Origin: a virus
Taxonomy: Duplodnaviria > Caudoviricetes
Reading direction: 5' to 3' (one strand)
Length of the DNA stretch: 39,128 nt
IMG/VR virus record: IMGVR_UViG_3300017716_002050
Coordinates: 1-39,128 of that record
Below, in pieces: positions 7,567 through 15,453 of this stretch (position 1 is its first letter; each line of letters starts with the position of its first letter). The position numbers and the translations under genes are program-made. A model generated the notes under the pieces. That model was not told the DNA's origin. It saw nothing but the letters and a program-made list of their open reading frames with translations, and did no database searches.

Positions 7567-8408
7567 CTGATCACTTCATCATTGACGGTCCGTGCCTCTG
7601 GTCATTCAGCGGCGGCAGAACCTCGGCCTATATGCTTTGGCGGGCGCTGCAAGCCTATGGGGGGAGGCTGCCGGACGATCACGTCGTTGCCTTCGCAAAC
7701 ACCGGCAAAGAGCGGCCCGAAACCCTCGCCTTCGTCAATGAGTGCGCCTCGCGATGGGGCGTAGACGTTGTGTGGCTGGAGTTTGTCGCCCGGTCGGGAC
7801 CGTCTGCCGGTCGCTTTGAGCGCGTCGGGTTCAACAGCGCCAGTCGCAACGGTGAACCGTTCGCCCGGTTGATTAAAGCCAAGTCCTACGCCCCCAATTC
7901 CGTAATGCGGTTTTGCACCGAGGAAATGAAGGTCAACACAATCCGGCATTTTATCACCGCTGAGTTAGGATGGCCCAAATGGGCGAACGCGGTTGGCCTG
8001 CGACACGATGAAGGCCATCGGGTGATGAAGGCCCTAGCCCGCAATCATGAGGGCAAATCACCGTGGGTTACTAAGGTCCCGCTCGCCAACGCAAAGATAA
8101 CCAAGGCGGAAGTGAACGCGTTTTGGGATGCCCAGCCCTTCGATCTTGGCCTCCGGTCTTACGAAGGAAACTGTGATCTATGCTTTCTTAAAGGGCGAGG
8201 AGCCATCAAGGCCCTGATCCGCGAAAAGCCGGGCTGCGCTGATTGGTGGATTGAACAGGAGCGCGCTAATAAGGGGCGCTTTTCTAAAGAATATTCTTAC
8301 GCCGATCTAGCGCGCGAGGTTGCCCAGCAGCCCCACTTTTTTGATGAGCCACTGGACGACGAACACGACGCGGAATGCGGCCTGTGGTGTCCGGGAGAGG
8401 AAGCATGA
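7563..8408 (+). CDS. PAPS-reductase-family (adenine nucleotide alpha-hydrolase) protein
   Basis: SFSGGRTS PP-loop, FANTGKE, RFCTEEMK, GLRHDE, GNCDLCFLK and a C-terminal CGLWC. Confidence 0.88.
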   Translation: MTDHFIIDGPCLWSFSGGRTSAYMLWRALQAYGGRLPDDHVVAFANTGKERPETLAFVNECASRWGVDVVWLEFVARSGPSAGRFERVGFNSASRNGEPFARLIKAKSYAPNSVMRFCTEEMKVNTIRHFITAELGWPKWANAVGLRHDEGHRVMKALARNHEGKSPWVTKVPLANAKITKAEVNAFWDAQPFDLGLRSYEGNCDLCFLKGRGAIKALIREKPGCADWWIEQERANKGRFSKEYSYADLAREVAQQPHFFDEPLDDEHDAECGLWCPGEEA

Positions 8409-8776
8409 CCGACAAGCCCAAACGCCCCGCCATGTCCAAGGCTCGCCGCCTGCGCTTGTTCGCCCGTGACGGTGGCCTGTGTCACCTGTGCAAGCGGAAG
8501 GTTCTGGCTGGGGAAGACTATGAGCTAGACCACATCATCCCGTGGGCCTTGGCCTTCAACGATGACGACGACAATCTCCGCGTGGCGCACAAGGCTTGCC
8601 ATCGGACGAACAAGACCGGGGACGACGTTTCCCGGATAGCCAAGGCGAAGCGCCAAGGCAGGGAGACAGGCCAACAGGCAAGACGGGCAATCAAAGGCGG
8701 TTCTATCCCGTCCCGTCCGTTTCCAAAGACTAAAACCACATGGCCTAAACGGCCTTTCAAAAGGGGAGAGACATGA
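8405..8776 (+). CDS. HNH endonuclease
   Basis: CHLC...ELDHIIPWAL...DNLRVAHKACHRTNKT; ATG at 8405. Confidence 0.9.
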   Translation: MTDKPKRPAMSKARRLRLFARDGGLCHLCKRKVLAGEDYELDHIIPWALAFNDDDDNLRVAHKACHRTNKTGDDVSRIAKAKRQGRETGQQARRAIKGGSIPSRPFPKTKTTWPKRPFKRGET

Positions 8777-9117
8777 GACAGTCAGTTGCCAACGTGCTGC
8801 GAGAGGTCGCGGAAAAGCACCAAGTCCGAGTTAATGACCTGCTAGGCCCGTGCCGCCAGCGTTACATCGCTTGGCCGCGATTGGAAGCTTATTACCGGGT
8901 CTTTGTCGAATGCCCGCACGTCAGTCTGGCAGAGTGCGGAAGGCGTATGGGAGGCCGTGACCACACCACGATCCTGCACGGCGTTCGAGCGCACTGTGAC
9001 CGCATCGGCCTGACCTACGAAGCCGCCAAGATCATGCGAGACCCGCACGGCTTGCGGCACTCTTTCTCCGCTATCGCTACAAACTACGCTCAATCGTTGG
9101 AGGCTGCCCGTGTCTAA
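8773..9117 (+). CDS. DnaA C-terminal (domain IV)-like HTH protein
   Basis: VLREVAEKHQVRVNDLLGPCRQRYIAWPR...SLAECGRRMGGRDHTTILHGVR. Confidence 0.88.
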   Translation: MRQSVANVLREVAEKHQVRVNDLLGPCRQRYIAWPRLEAYYRVFVECPHVSLAECGRRMGGRDHTTILHGVRAHCDRIGLTYEAAKIMRDPHGLRHSFSAIATNYAQSLEAARV

Positions 9118-9313
9118 AGCTGGTCATTATCTTCGCCCGCTCAAGGCTGCCGTTCTGGCGCGTTCTACGCCTCCCGGAATGGACAAGGAACGAGACGCAG
9201 AAGCACGACAGAGAGAAGGAGACGCCCGTTTCGTTCGCAGGCTTGCGGAAGCTATATGGGATGGGGATCATCTTCCGGCTGGGGTTAGGAAGCCGCTGAG
9301 GTTGAGGGCGTAA
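9110..9313 (+). CDS. Hypothetical protein (67 aa)
   Basis: GTG with GGAGG RBS; overlaps the upstream stop. Confidence 0.65.
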   Translation: MSKAGHYLRPLKAAVLARSTPPGMDKERDAEARQREGDARFVRRLAEAIWDGDHLPAGVRKPLRLRA

Positions 9314-9348
9314 AAAAGCCCGGTGCGGAGGGTTCACGCACCGGGCTT
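9312..9348 (-). terminator. Intrinsic terminator (U-tract on the minus strand; possibly bidirectional)
   Basis: AAGCCCGGTGCG/CGCACCGGGCTT 12-bp inverted repeat adjoining A6 on the plus strand. Confidence 0.8.
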
Positions 9349-9505
9349 CCTTCCTCCGCGACGGGCACAAGGGGGAGCAAATCCCCGCCGCGTTCCCTTG
9401 TTTCCCGCCTTGATATTTTCAGACCAATGACGGATAACATTCGGTGCGGATCAGGGCTGAGTCTGAACCGCAGAACGCCAACGGCTTATCACAGGAGCCA
9501 TCGAC
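9312..9505 (-). ncRNA. Putative OOP-like antisense RNA (~190 nt)
   Basis: Minus-strand promoter TTGCGT-N17-TAAAAC (9512-9540), internal hairpins and a U-tract terminator at 9312-9348. Confidence 0.45.
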
Positions 9506-9556
9506 CATGCGGTTTTACCGCCATCCGCCAAATCACGCAAGCCTTCGGGGCGTACC

Positions 9557-10468
9557 GTGAGCGTCCCCTTCATGCAGCTTTATGTGGCTGACTATTTGGG
9601 TGACACCCGGCACCTGACAACCGAACAACACGGGGCCTATCTGCTGCTCCTCATGACCATGTGGCGGTCAGGCGGCGTCCTGTCATCCGACCCGGTCAAG
9701 CTCGCCAGAATCGCGGGCTTAAGCCCGTCCCGCTGGCAGAAAATCAGCACCGAAGTTCTGGAGTTTTTCGCGCCTTGCGAGGGCGGATTTACGCAGAAAA
9801 GGCTGGCCGCTGAACTCGCAATTGCCGAAGAAAAATCGGAGAAAAGATCACAGTCGGGGAAAGCCGGTGCGCGGGCTAAGGCGTTGAAATCTAACAAGGT
9901 GGAGTCAGCAAATGCTTCACGATTGCTTAAGCATTCTCCAGAACCAGAACCAGAGTTAAAGAAAGAGAAGACTACGTCTTCTCCAAAGAAAGGCGCTCGC
10001 TTGCCTCCTGATTGGAAGCCATCGGAAGCCGACCTGACATTCGCCGCCAGCCAAAACATGACCTCCGAGGAGACGAGACGTGAAGCCGATCAATTCCGTG
10101 ATTTCTGGATTAGTAAGCCGGGCGCAGGCGGATGCAAACTCGACTGGTCCGCAACATGGCGGACGTGGTGTCGCAACCGGCGCGGCGCTGGCCAAGCTGG
10201 AAAGCCAAGCGCCAGCGGAAACGGATCGAAACCTCTTGGCATGGCTGGAATCCTCGCTGAACGTCGCCGCCAAGCCCCAGTCCCGAATGATGTTTCCGCC
10301 GGAGGGTGGGTACTATCGCCGGACGACGGGCTTTCAGGTGTCTGGATTAACCCCGGAGAACCGGGAGGCGGCGCGGCAAGCGGCCCTGTCAGCCATGACG
10401 CGGCCCCCGCTGGACAGGTGCGAGGAATGGATAGCGGGCCTTCACGCGGTAACGGCTCGCCGTGGTGA
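9557..10468 (+). CDS. Replication initiator, DUF1376/YdaU family (lambda O-like)
   Basis: PFMQLYVADYLGDTRHLTTEQHGAYLLLLMTMW, QKRL, PEPEPE linker, RLPPDWKPS and FRDFW...KLDWSATWRTWCRN. Confidence 0.9.
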   Translation: MSVPFMQLYVADYLGDTRHLTTEQHGAYLLLLMTMWRSGGVLSSDPVKLARIAGLSPSRWQKISTEVLEFFAPCEGGFTQKRLAAELAIAEEKSEKRSQSGKAGARAKALKSNKVESANASRLLKHSPEPEPELKKEKTTSSPKKGARLPPDWKPSEADLTFAASQNMTSEETRREADQFRDFWISKPGAGGCKLDWSATWRTWCRNRRGAGQAGKPSASGNGSKPLGMAGILAERRRQAPVPNDVSAGGWVLSPDDGLSGVWINPGEPGGGAASGPVSHDAAPAGQVRGMDSGPSRGNGSPW

Positions 10469-10670
10469 TGACACCGCGACCCTTGACCTGACGATGAGCC
10501 TCTATGCCGCCTGTCTGGCGCAATACCCCGCCGACATAGCCAAGGGCGTTTGCATGGCCTTTGCGATGCGGACGGTTAAGCCGAATTGGTTTCCGACGCT
10601 TAGCGAACTGAATGAGCGGTGCGAACGCGAGGCGGCACAACGGAATCAGCTTCTCAGCGCGCTAGTGTGA
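10080..10670 (+). CDS. Putative helicase loader/replication partner, overlapping the initiator in the +1 frame
   Basis: GTG with GAGGAG 7 nt upstream. C-terminal YAACLAQYPADIA...WFPTLSEL resembles phage loader/inhibitor motifs. Start position uncertain. Confidence 0.65.
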   Translation: MKPINSVISGLVSRAQADANSTGPQHGGRGVATGAALAKLESQAPAETDRNLLAWLESSLNVAAKPQSRMMFPPEGGYYRRTTGFQVSGLTPENREAARQAALSAMTRPPLDRCEEWIAGLHAVTARRGDDTATLDLTMSLYAACLAQYPADIAKGVCMAFAMRTVKPNWFPTLSELNERCEREAAQRNQLLSALV

Positions 10671-10706
10671 AAAGTGAGAAAGGGGGAGATACAGACAGAA
10701 AGGGAG

Positions 10707-10734
10707 TTGACTATGTGTGAGGGAGGGGTAAGTT
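10707..10734 (+). promoter_or_regulatory. Putative promoter for the accessory gene block
   Basis: TTGACT-N16-TAAGTT, 6 nt before the ATG at 10741 (possibly a leaderless mRNA). Confidence 0.5.
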
Positions 10735-10740
10735 AACGGA

Positions 10741-10911
10741 ATGAAGCAGCCAAACCCGATTGCCGTTCGCCCCCGCCAAGGCTCCAAACTGGAGGCCGTG
10801 TGGAATGACAAAAAGCGTTCTAACCGGGAAATGGGCGAGATTATTCATAGCTGGGCTGAAACCTTCGCAGAGAACGTGAAGCAGTCCGAAAGGGAGGAAA
10901 CCAATGATTGA
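10741..10911 (+). CDS. Small hypothetical protein (56 aa), possibly ribbon-helix-helix
   Basis: MKQPNPIAVRPRQGSKLEAVWNDKKRSNREMGEIIHSWAETFAENVKQSEREETND. Confidence 0.55.
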   Translation: MKQPNPIAVRPRQGSKLEAVWNDKKRSNREMGEIIHSWAETFAENVKQSEREETND

Positions 10912-11104
10912 CCGTGCAGACTACACAGACCACCGCATGAAAGCGGCTCAGGCTACCAATCAGTCCTATCGTGGCTGGGACTTCTCTCGCGCCGTTGACG
11001 AATCTCCCATCTGGATTCGTGCGCTTGCCGAGACGTTCCGTCCGCGCTCCCTCATCCTGCTGGCGGTAATTGCTGGCGTCTGCTCTTTGTGGTGGCTGAC
11101 ATGA
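10904..11104 (+). CDS. Small membrane protein (C-terminal TM)
   Basis: GGAGG RBS; hydrophobic segment SLILLAVIAGVCSLWWL. Confidence 0.7.
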   Translation: MIDRADYTDHRMKAAQATNQSYRGWDFSRAVDESPIWIRALAETFRPRSLILLAVIAGVCSLWWLT

Positions 11105-11424
11105 CCACTGAGGAAACAGGGCGGGGGCATACTCCCGGGCCTTGGCGGGTGTTTCTCACTCGCGACGGGCGCAGCGTTATCGGCGTCGGGGACCGTGACG
11201 GTGGCGGCATCACCGATCAAGGCGATGTTTCGACCAACAATCAAGGCGTGTGGCGCTCCGGCTCTGAAAAGAGCGCCAACGCCAGACTGATAGCCGCCGC
11301 TCCGGAGCTTTTAGAGGCGCTGCTGGCCATCGTGAACGGCCCCGGCCTTGAGTGCATCCCGGATGCCGATGTTCAGGTCGCGATCAAAGCCGCCATTCGC
11401 AAAGCCACCGAGGTTTCCCAATGA
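11101..11424 (+). CDS. Conserved phage hypothetical protein
   Basis: HTPGPW...ANARLIAAAPELLEAL motif pair, typical of phage early accessory genes; ATG at 11101. Confidence 0.8.
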   Translation: MTTEETGRGHTPGPWRVFLTRDGRSVIGVGDRDGGGITDQGDVSTNNQGVWRSGSEKSANARLIAAAPELLEALLAIVNGPGLECIPDADVQVAIKAAIRKATEVSQ

Positions 11425-11885
11425 CTGAACGAGAAGATGGCTGGGTTGAATGGTCGGGAGGCCCCAATCCTGTGCCGGGGGCGATGGTCGATGTGCGCTT
11501 GCGCGACGGAACGCTCGGCACAAATTGCAGGAGCCATGTCTTTGCGTGGGGCCACCCCGGAAGCGCAGGCGACATCATCGCTTACCGCGTCACCCCCTCT
11601 AGTGATGGGGGTTCACTCCCGGCTTCGCCGTCCATACCTACCGAGCAAGCTGAGACGCCGGTTGTAGGCTGGCAACCGATTGAGACGGCTCCTGTCGAGG
11701 ACCGCGTTCTGATCTTCCGCCCGTCCATCTTCGAGGAAGACCGCATCTTTCTCGCGTCGCTCGACGGCGAAGGCTGGTGGACCGTCCACGACGGCAAGCA
11801 CGACCACAATCTGCGGGGAGCCGACCCGACCCACTGGATGCCTTTGCCCGCTCCACCCATCACCCCACCGGAGGCCAAGTCATGA
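11421..11885 (+). CDS. DUF551-domain phage protein
   Basis: N-terminal GWVEWSGGPNPV...DIIAYR module and C-terminal WQPIETAP...PTHWMPLPAPP; ATG at 11421. Confidence 0.8.
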   Translation: MTEREDGWVEWSGGPNPVPGAMVDVRLRDGTLGTNCRSHVFAWGHPGSAGDIIAYRVTPSSDGGSLPASPSIPTEQAETPVVGWQPIETAPVEDRVLIFRPSIFEEDRIFLASLDGEGWWTVHDGKHDHNLRGADPTHWMPLPAPPITPPEAKS

Positions 11886-12331
11886 CCACCCGCACAGATT
11901 TGGTCGCCATGCTGGAAGCAGCAGAGGCGGGGAGCCGGGAGTTGGATGCGGCTGTCTGGCTCGCCGCGACCGGCGAGGTAGTGGCGTGGCCTTGGGGACA
12001 GCCTGACGCAGATGGTCCGTGGTGCGTTTACGGAAACGCCATGTGGACGCCGCTTGCCGGTCTCACCACCTCCCTAGACGCTGCCCTTGCTCTGGCAGAG
12101 CGGGTTCTGCCGGGGTGGCGTCGTCACCTGAACGAACTGCCGCCGTCCACCGGACTAGGCTGGGAGGCAACTGTCTGGACCGATGCGGCGGACCTGTCTG
12201 TTCACCCGTCCCGCGCACCAACGGCTCCGCTCGCCCTCTGCATTGCTGTCCTGCGGGCTACCGCAGCCGCTGAAACTGGCGCGGTGGGTATGAGCGAAGC
12301 GAATGAACCAAAAAACGAGGGGGAAGCATGA
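11882..12331 (+). CDS. Conserved phage hypothetical protein
   Basis: GSRELDAAV...TTSLDAALALAERVLPGW...TAPLALCIAVLRA; ATG at 11882. Confidence 0.75.
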   Translation: MTTRTDLVAMLEAAEAGSRELDAAVWLAATGEVVAWPWGQPDADGPWCVYGNAMWTPLAGLTTSLDAALALAERVLPGWRRHLNELPPSTGLGWEATVWTDAADLSVHPSRAPTAPLALCIAVLRATAAAETGAVGMSEANEPKNEGEA

Positions 12332-13050
12332 CCAACACCACAGACAGAGACGAGCCGGTGGCGTGGGCGAGACGCTGGTATATCGACGGCGAGACCCCGC
12401 GCAAGGAACGCAACGCCAACGGACGGATGGCTTGGCCCAAGAAGTTCACCTACCACGAGGTCACGAAGACCAAGTGCTTTGCAGACGATGAACCCCTCTA
12501 CACCCGCGCCTCCCCCGCCCCTGACGATGGGATGCGGGAACGGGTGGCGAAACTGGAAGCCGCTTTGACCTTGGCGCTCGACTATCTCGGCGAAATGGAG
12601 CCGGGCGATAGTCGGGCGGTGTCCGACGAGTGCGGCGCGATGTCAGCGGTCCTGTGCGGCATCGAGCCAAACAATCCCGGCGAGGAAATGGCCATCATCG
12701 GCGCGGCACTCAAGGCAAGAGACAATCCGAACGCCGACGCCATCCTCACCCTCACGAACCGTACAGAAGGTGCATCGCTTCGCGATGCCCACCGAGAGGC
12801 GGGTGGGGCTGTTGTAGCTGACGACCTGTGCGAAGCCGTGCGCCTGTTGAGCCGAATCGTCCGGGTCTATGGCGACATTCAGGACGGCAACGGCAACACT
12901 CCGACCGAGATCAGGAAAGCCGCGCGCTTCGTTGAGCGTCTGTCCGCCCCTGCCAGCGACAACACCGCCGGGTACGAAGGAGCCGAAGGCGACGAAGTGA
13001 AACCCAAACTCACGAACCCAGCCCCAGCCAGAGAAGGAGAGACGCCGTGA
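12328..13050 (+). CDS. Mosaic phage hypothetical protein (240 aa)
   Basis: EPVAW...PLY module; ATGA overlap. Confidence 0.7.
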   Translation: MTNTTDRDEPVAWARRWYIDGETPRKERNANGRMAWPKKFTYHEVTKTKCFADDEPLYTRASPAPDDGMRERVAKLEAALTLALDYLGEMEPGDSRAVSDECGAMSAVLCGIEPNNPGEEMAIIGAALKARDNPNADAILTLTNRTEGASLRDAHREAGGAVVADDLCEAVRLLSRIVRVYGDIQDGNGNTPTEIRKAARFVERLSAPASDNTAGYEGAEGDEVKPKLTNPAPAREGETP

Positions 13051-13688
13051 GCGTTTTTGACTGGCCCGAGGAAGAACGAACCCCGCACCCCGCCCCCTCG
13101 GACGCCGCCCCTCCCCTTGGTGTGGAGCAAGGCTGCGTGAACTGTGACGAAAGCATCTGCCGAGACTGTGACCCTTGCGCCGACCCGGACGCGGGGTTCT
13201 GGAAAGAGCCTTTCGCCGCGCGGCTTGACGCTCCTGCGGAAGTGGGGGGACTGGTAGGCCAGCATATCGGCTGGCTCAAGCTGCGCGCTGACCGTCTCGA
13301 TGACAGAGCGGGTCCGGGCGATGCGCTCAACGCCGAGCACGCGCGCGACGTTGCCACCACCCTTGAACGCCTCTCCCGTCAGGTAGAGGGAGCCGAGGCC
13401 GCATTGGTGGAGGCGCGGACGCTGGATCGCGGCTTCTATGATTGGATGATCGAGCGCGACCTTCTCGCCCGAGGCGATGAAGTAGAATGGCCAGACATCG
13501 TTGTTGCCCTCACCGAGCATGAGGTCGAATGCCTCGCCGCCCTCTCCCGTACGGTAGAGGTGCTGCGGGAGAAGGCGAGCGCCATCGCGAAACTGGCAGG
13601 TGACGGGCGGCGAACAGCAAACCTGCCAGCGATCGAACGGCTCGCGGCTGAAATGCTAGCCCTCTCCGCTCAAAAGGATACTGACTAG
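13047..13688 (+). CDS. Hypothetical protein with Cys cluster (213 aa)
   Basis: AGGAGA RBS; CVNCDESICRDCDPC; converges on the spanin stop. Confidence 0.65.
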   Translation: MSVFDWPEEERTPHPAPSDAAPPLGVEQGCVNCDESICRDCDPCADPDAGFWKEPFAARLDAPAEVGGLVGQHIGWLKLRADRLDDRAGPGDALNAEHARDVATTLERLSRQVEGAEAALVEARTLDRGFYDWMIERDLLARGDEVEWPDIVVALTEHEVECLAALSRTVEVLREKASAIAKLAGDGRRTANLPAIERLAAEMLALSAQKDTD

Positions 13689-13963
13689 CGGAACACCTGC
13701 CACCAACGCCGGTTCTGACTCTCTGCAATCTTGATAACGGCCTCTTTCTTGAGGCTGCACTCGCGAAGGTCAGCATCCCCCGCAAGGATAGCGTCGCTCA
13801 AGTCGTCCAGCACGGTCACGTCTGAAACGTCAACCGTCGAACGGCACGGCGCTTTCAGGCTATTCGGGATCGTTATGTTTGCCGCCCCGCCGCACCCGCT
13901 CAAGGCTACGCCCGAAGCCATCAGGGAGACGAGTATTAGCGCCCTCGATCTTTTCAGCCTCAT
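13685..13963 (-). CDS. Outer-membrane spanin (Rz1-like lipoprotein)
   Basis: Lipobox LSGC after a basic/hydrophobic signal; overlaps the i-spanin 3' end. Confidence 0.8.
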   Translation of the reverse strand: MRLKRSRALILVSLMASGVALSGCGGAANITIPNSLKAPCRSTVDVSDVTVLDDLSDAILAGDADLRECSLKKEAVIKIAESQNRRWWQVFR

Positions 13964-14183
13964 TTTGCTTCTCCGCTTGCTCTTGACGAATGACAGGGGT
14001 TTCCGCCGCTACACGGTCTAGCGCCTCACCCGTAGCTTGTGCCACAGACGCCTCCGCACGGGCTTTGCGGGCTTGGCCGCGTTCATGGCAATACGACAGC
14101 GTCAGGCCGAGGAAGATCAGCACCACGATCAGCGCGCCGATCTGGACGATGCGGGTTGCGGCTCTATCCAATCCGAACATCAC
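13860..14183 (-). CDS. Inner-membrane spanin (Rz-like)
   Basis: N-terminal TM (IGALIVVLIFLGLTLSY) plus helical periplasmic domain; follows the endolysin. Confidence 0.8.
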   Translation of the reverse strand: MMFGLDRAATRIVQIGALIVVLIFLGLTLSYCHERGQARKARAEASVAQATGEALDRVAAETPVIRQEQAEKQNEAEKIEGANTRLPDGFGRSLERVRRGGKHNDPE

Positions 14184-14728
14184 GCGCTCCCATACAAAGC
14201 GGCTTCCGCAGCCCTACGCCGCGTCAGACCCTTCATCACTCTGCCGTCGTTTTTGTCCCAACGGCTGAATTGCAGCTTCGCCCCAGCGTAGTCGCCCGCC
14301 TTGTGCATCCGCAACAGGGTGCTGTCATTCAGGGCATTCAGGCCGACATTGTAGGCAAACGAGACAAGCGCATCGAACTGGTTCTGCGTCGTCACAGGGG
14401 CCATTAGGGCGACGGCCTTCTCGAACCGGCCAAGGTCAGCCGCGAACCGCGCATCGGCCTGCTCCTGCGTCCAGACCACGCCCTTGGCGATGCCGGGGCC
14501 AGTGCTGCCCCAGCCGATAGTCCACGGCTTTCCGTCAACCGAGCCGGGATCGGGATAGGCCGTCAGCTTGCAGGACTCAAACGAGTGGATCAGGTCAATC
14601 CCCGCCTTGCTCACCCGTTTGCCCGTAGGAGCCGCTACAGGGGCCATAGCCGCGTTTATGGCGTCCACGTCCGCTTGTGTCAGCGGAGCGCCCTTGATAG
14701 CCCTTACAGCGTCAAATAGAGCCTTCAT
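14180..14728 (-). CDS. Endolysin, GH24 lysozyme
   Basis: GIDLIHSFESCKLTAYPD...WTIGWGST, QNQFDALVSFAYNVG, GLTRRRAAEAALY. Confidence 0.96.
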   Translation of the reverse strand: MKALFDAVRAIKGAPLTQADVDAINAAMAPVAAPTGKRVSKAGIDLIHSFESCKLTAYPDPGSVDGKPWTIGWGSTGPGIAKGVVWTQEQADARFAADLGRFEKAVALMAPVTTQNQFDALVSFAYNVGLNALNDSTLLRMHKAGDYAGAKLQFSRWDKNDGRVMKGLTRRRAAEAALYGSA

Positions 14729-14943
14729 AGGTTATCCGTCGTGGTTTGAGTGGGAGGGTCGCCTGCGGTCGTGGTCGTTACCTTGCCAGACCCTCGCGCC
14801 ATCCATCCACCGATAGCCCCTACAGCCGCAGCAGCAACCGTCTCGCCGTCGCCGTGGTTGATAGCCACCACCCCGATCATGCCGAGGGCTACAAGGCCAG
14901 CAATGGCCGTTATGTCGATGTGCCAATCATTCATGTCGGTCAC
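14725..14943 (-). CDS. Putative holin (2 TM)
   Basis: 72 aa with two hydrophobic segments and a polar tail; ATGA-coupled to the endolysin. Possible dual start (GTG 14943, ATG 14934). Confidence 0.6.
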   Translation of the reverse strand: MTDMNDWHIDITAIAGLVALGMIGVVAINHGDGETVAAAAVGAIGGWMARGSGKVTTTTAGDPPTQTTTDNL

Positions 14944-14960
14944 ACCCCTTCACCCGCTTC

Positions 14961-15449
14961 TCACTGGCGACCATACGACACAGCAGACAACCGCCGCCGA
15001 TCAGAAACCCAGCGGCCAATATAATCCAGACCACAGCGCGCTCCAACGGTGCCGAGGGTTGCAAGTATGATGCAGAAGACAGCATTTAGAGCCACCGCGT
15101 AGTTGTAAAGGATTCCGGTCGTTAGGTCGCCGTCTCGCCACATGAAGATGATCGGAAGGTGCATCGCAAGCTGCCCGACCAGACAAGCGACGATGACCAC
15201 CTTCCAGCCCTCCCGGCTCTTAAGCCAAGAGTCGTAGATCATCAGCGCCAGCACGAAATCCAGAAACGGGGCCACCACCGTTGCGCTTAAAAAGCTGAAC
15301 TTAAGCACCATGATGTTACCCGCTGCCATGTTCAGCGCGACCAGCGACGCTGCGCCCAGAAGGTCGGAGTTTTGCTTCGGGGAAATAACGAAGGCGGCGA
15401 CCGAAAGCGCCAGAACCAGCCCCATCGCGATGGCGTACCAGATAAGCAT
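14961..15449 (-). CDS. Polytopic membrane protein (~5 TM, 162 aa)
   Basis: ATG at 15449 with GGAGG RBS. Five hydrophobic segments carrying polar residues (LD, QLAMH, YAVALN) and a basic C-tail. Confidence 0.8.
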   Translation of the reverse strand: MLIWYAIAMGLVLALSVAAFVISPKQNSDLLGAASLVALNMAAGNIMVLKFSFLSATVVAPFLDFVLALMIYDSWLKSREGWKVVIVACLVGQLAMHLPIIFMWRDGDLTTGILYNYAVALNAVFCIILATLGTVGARCGLDYIGRWVSDRRRLSAVSYGRQ

Positions 15450-15453
15450 TAGC

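Noticed and set aside
13685-13688. Convergent genes sharing a CTAG double stop with no terminator
   Set aside because: A common consequence of compact phage genomes; no further structure seen.
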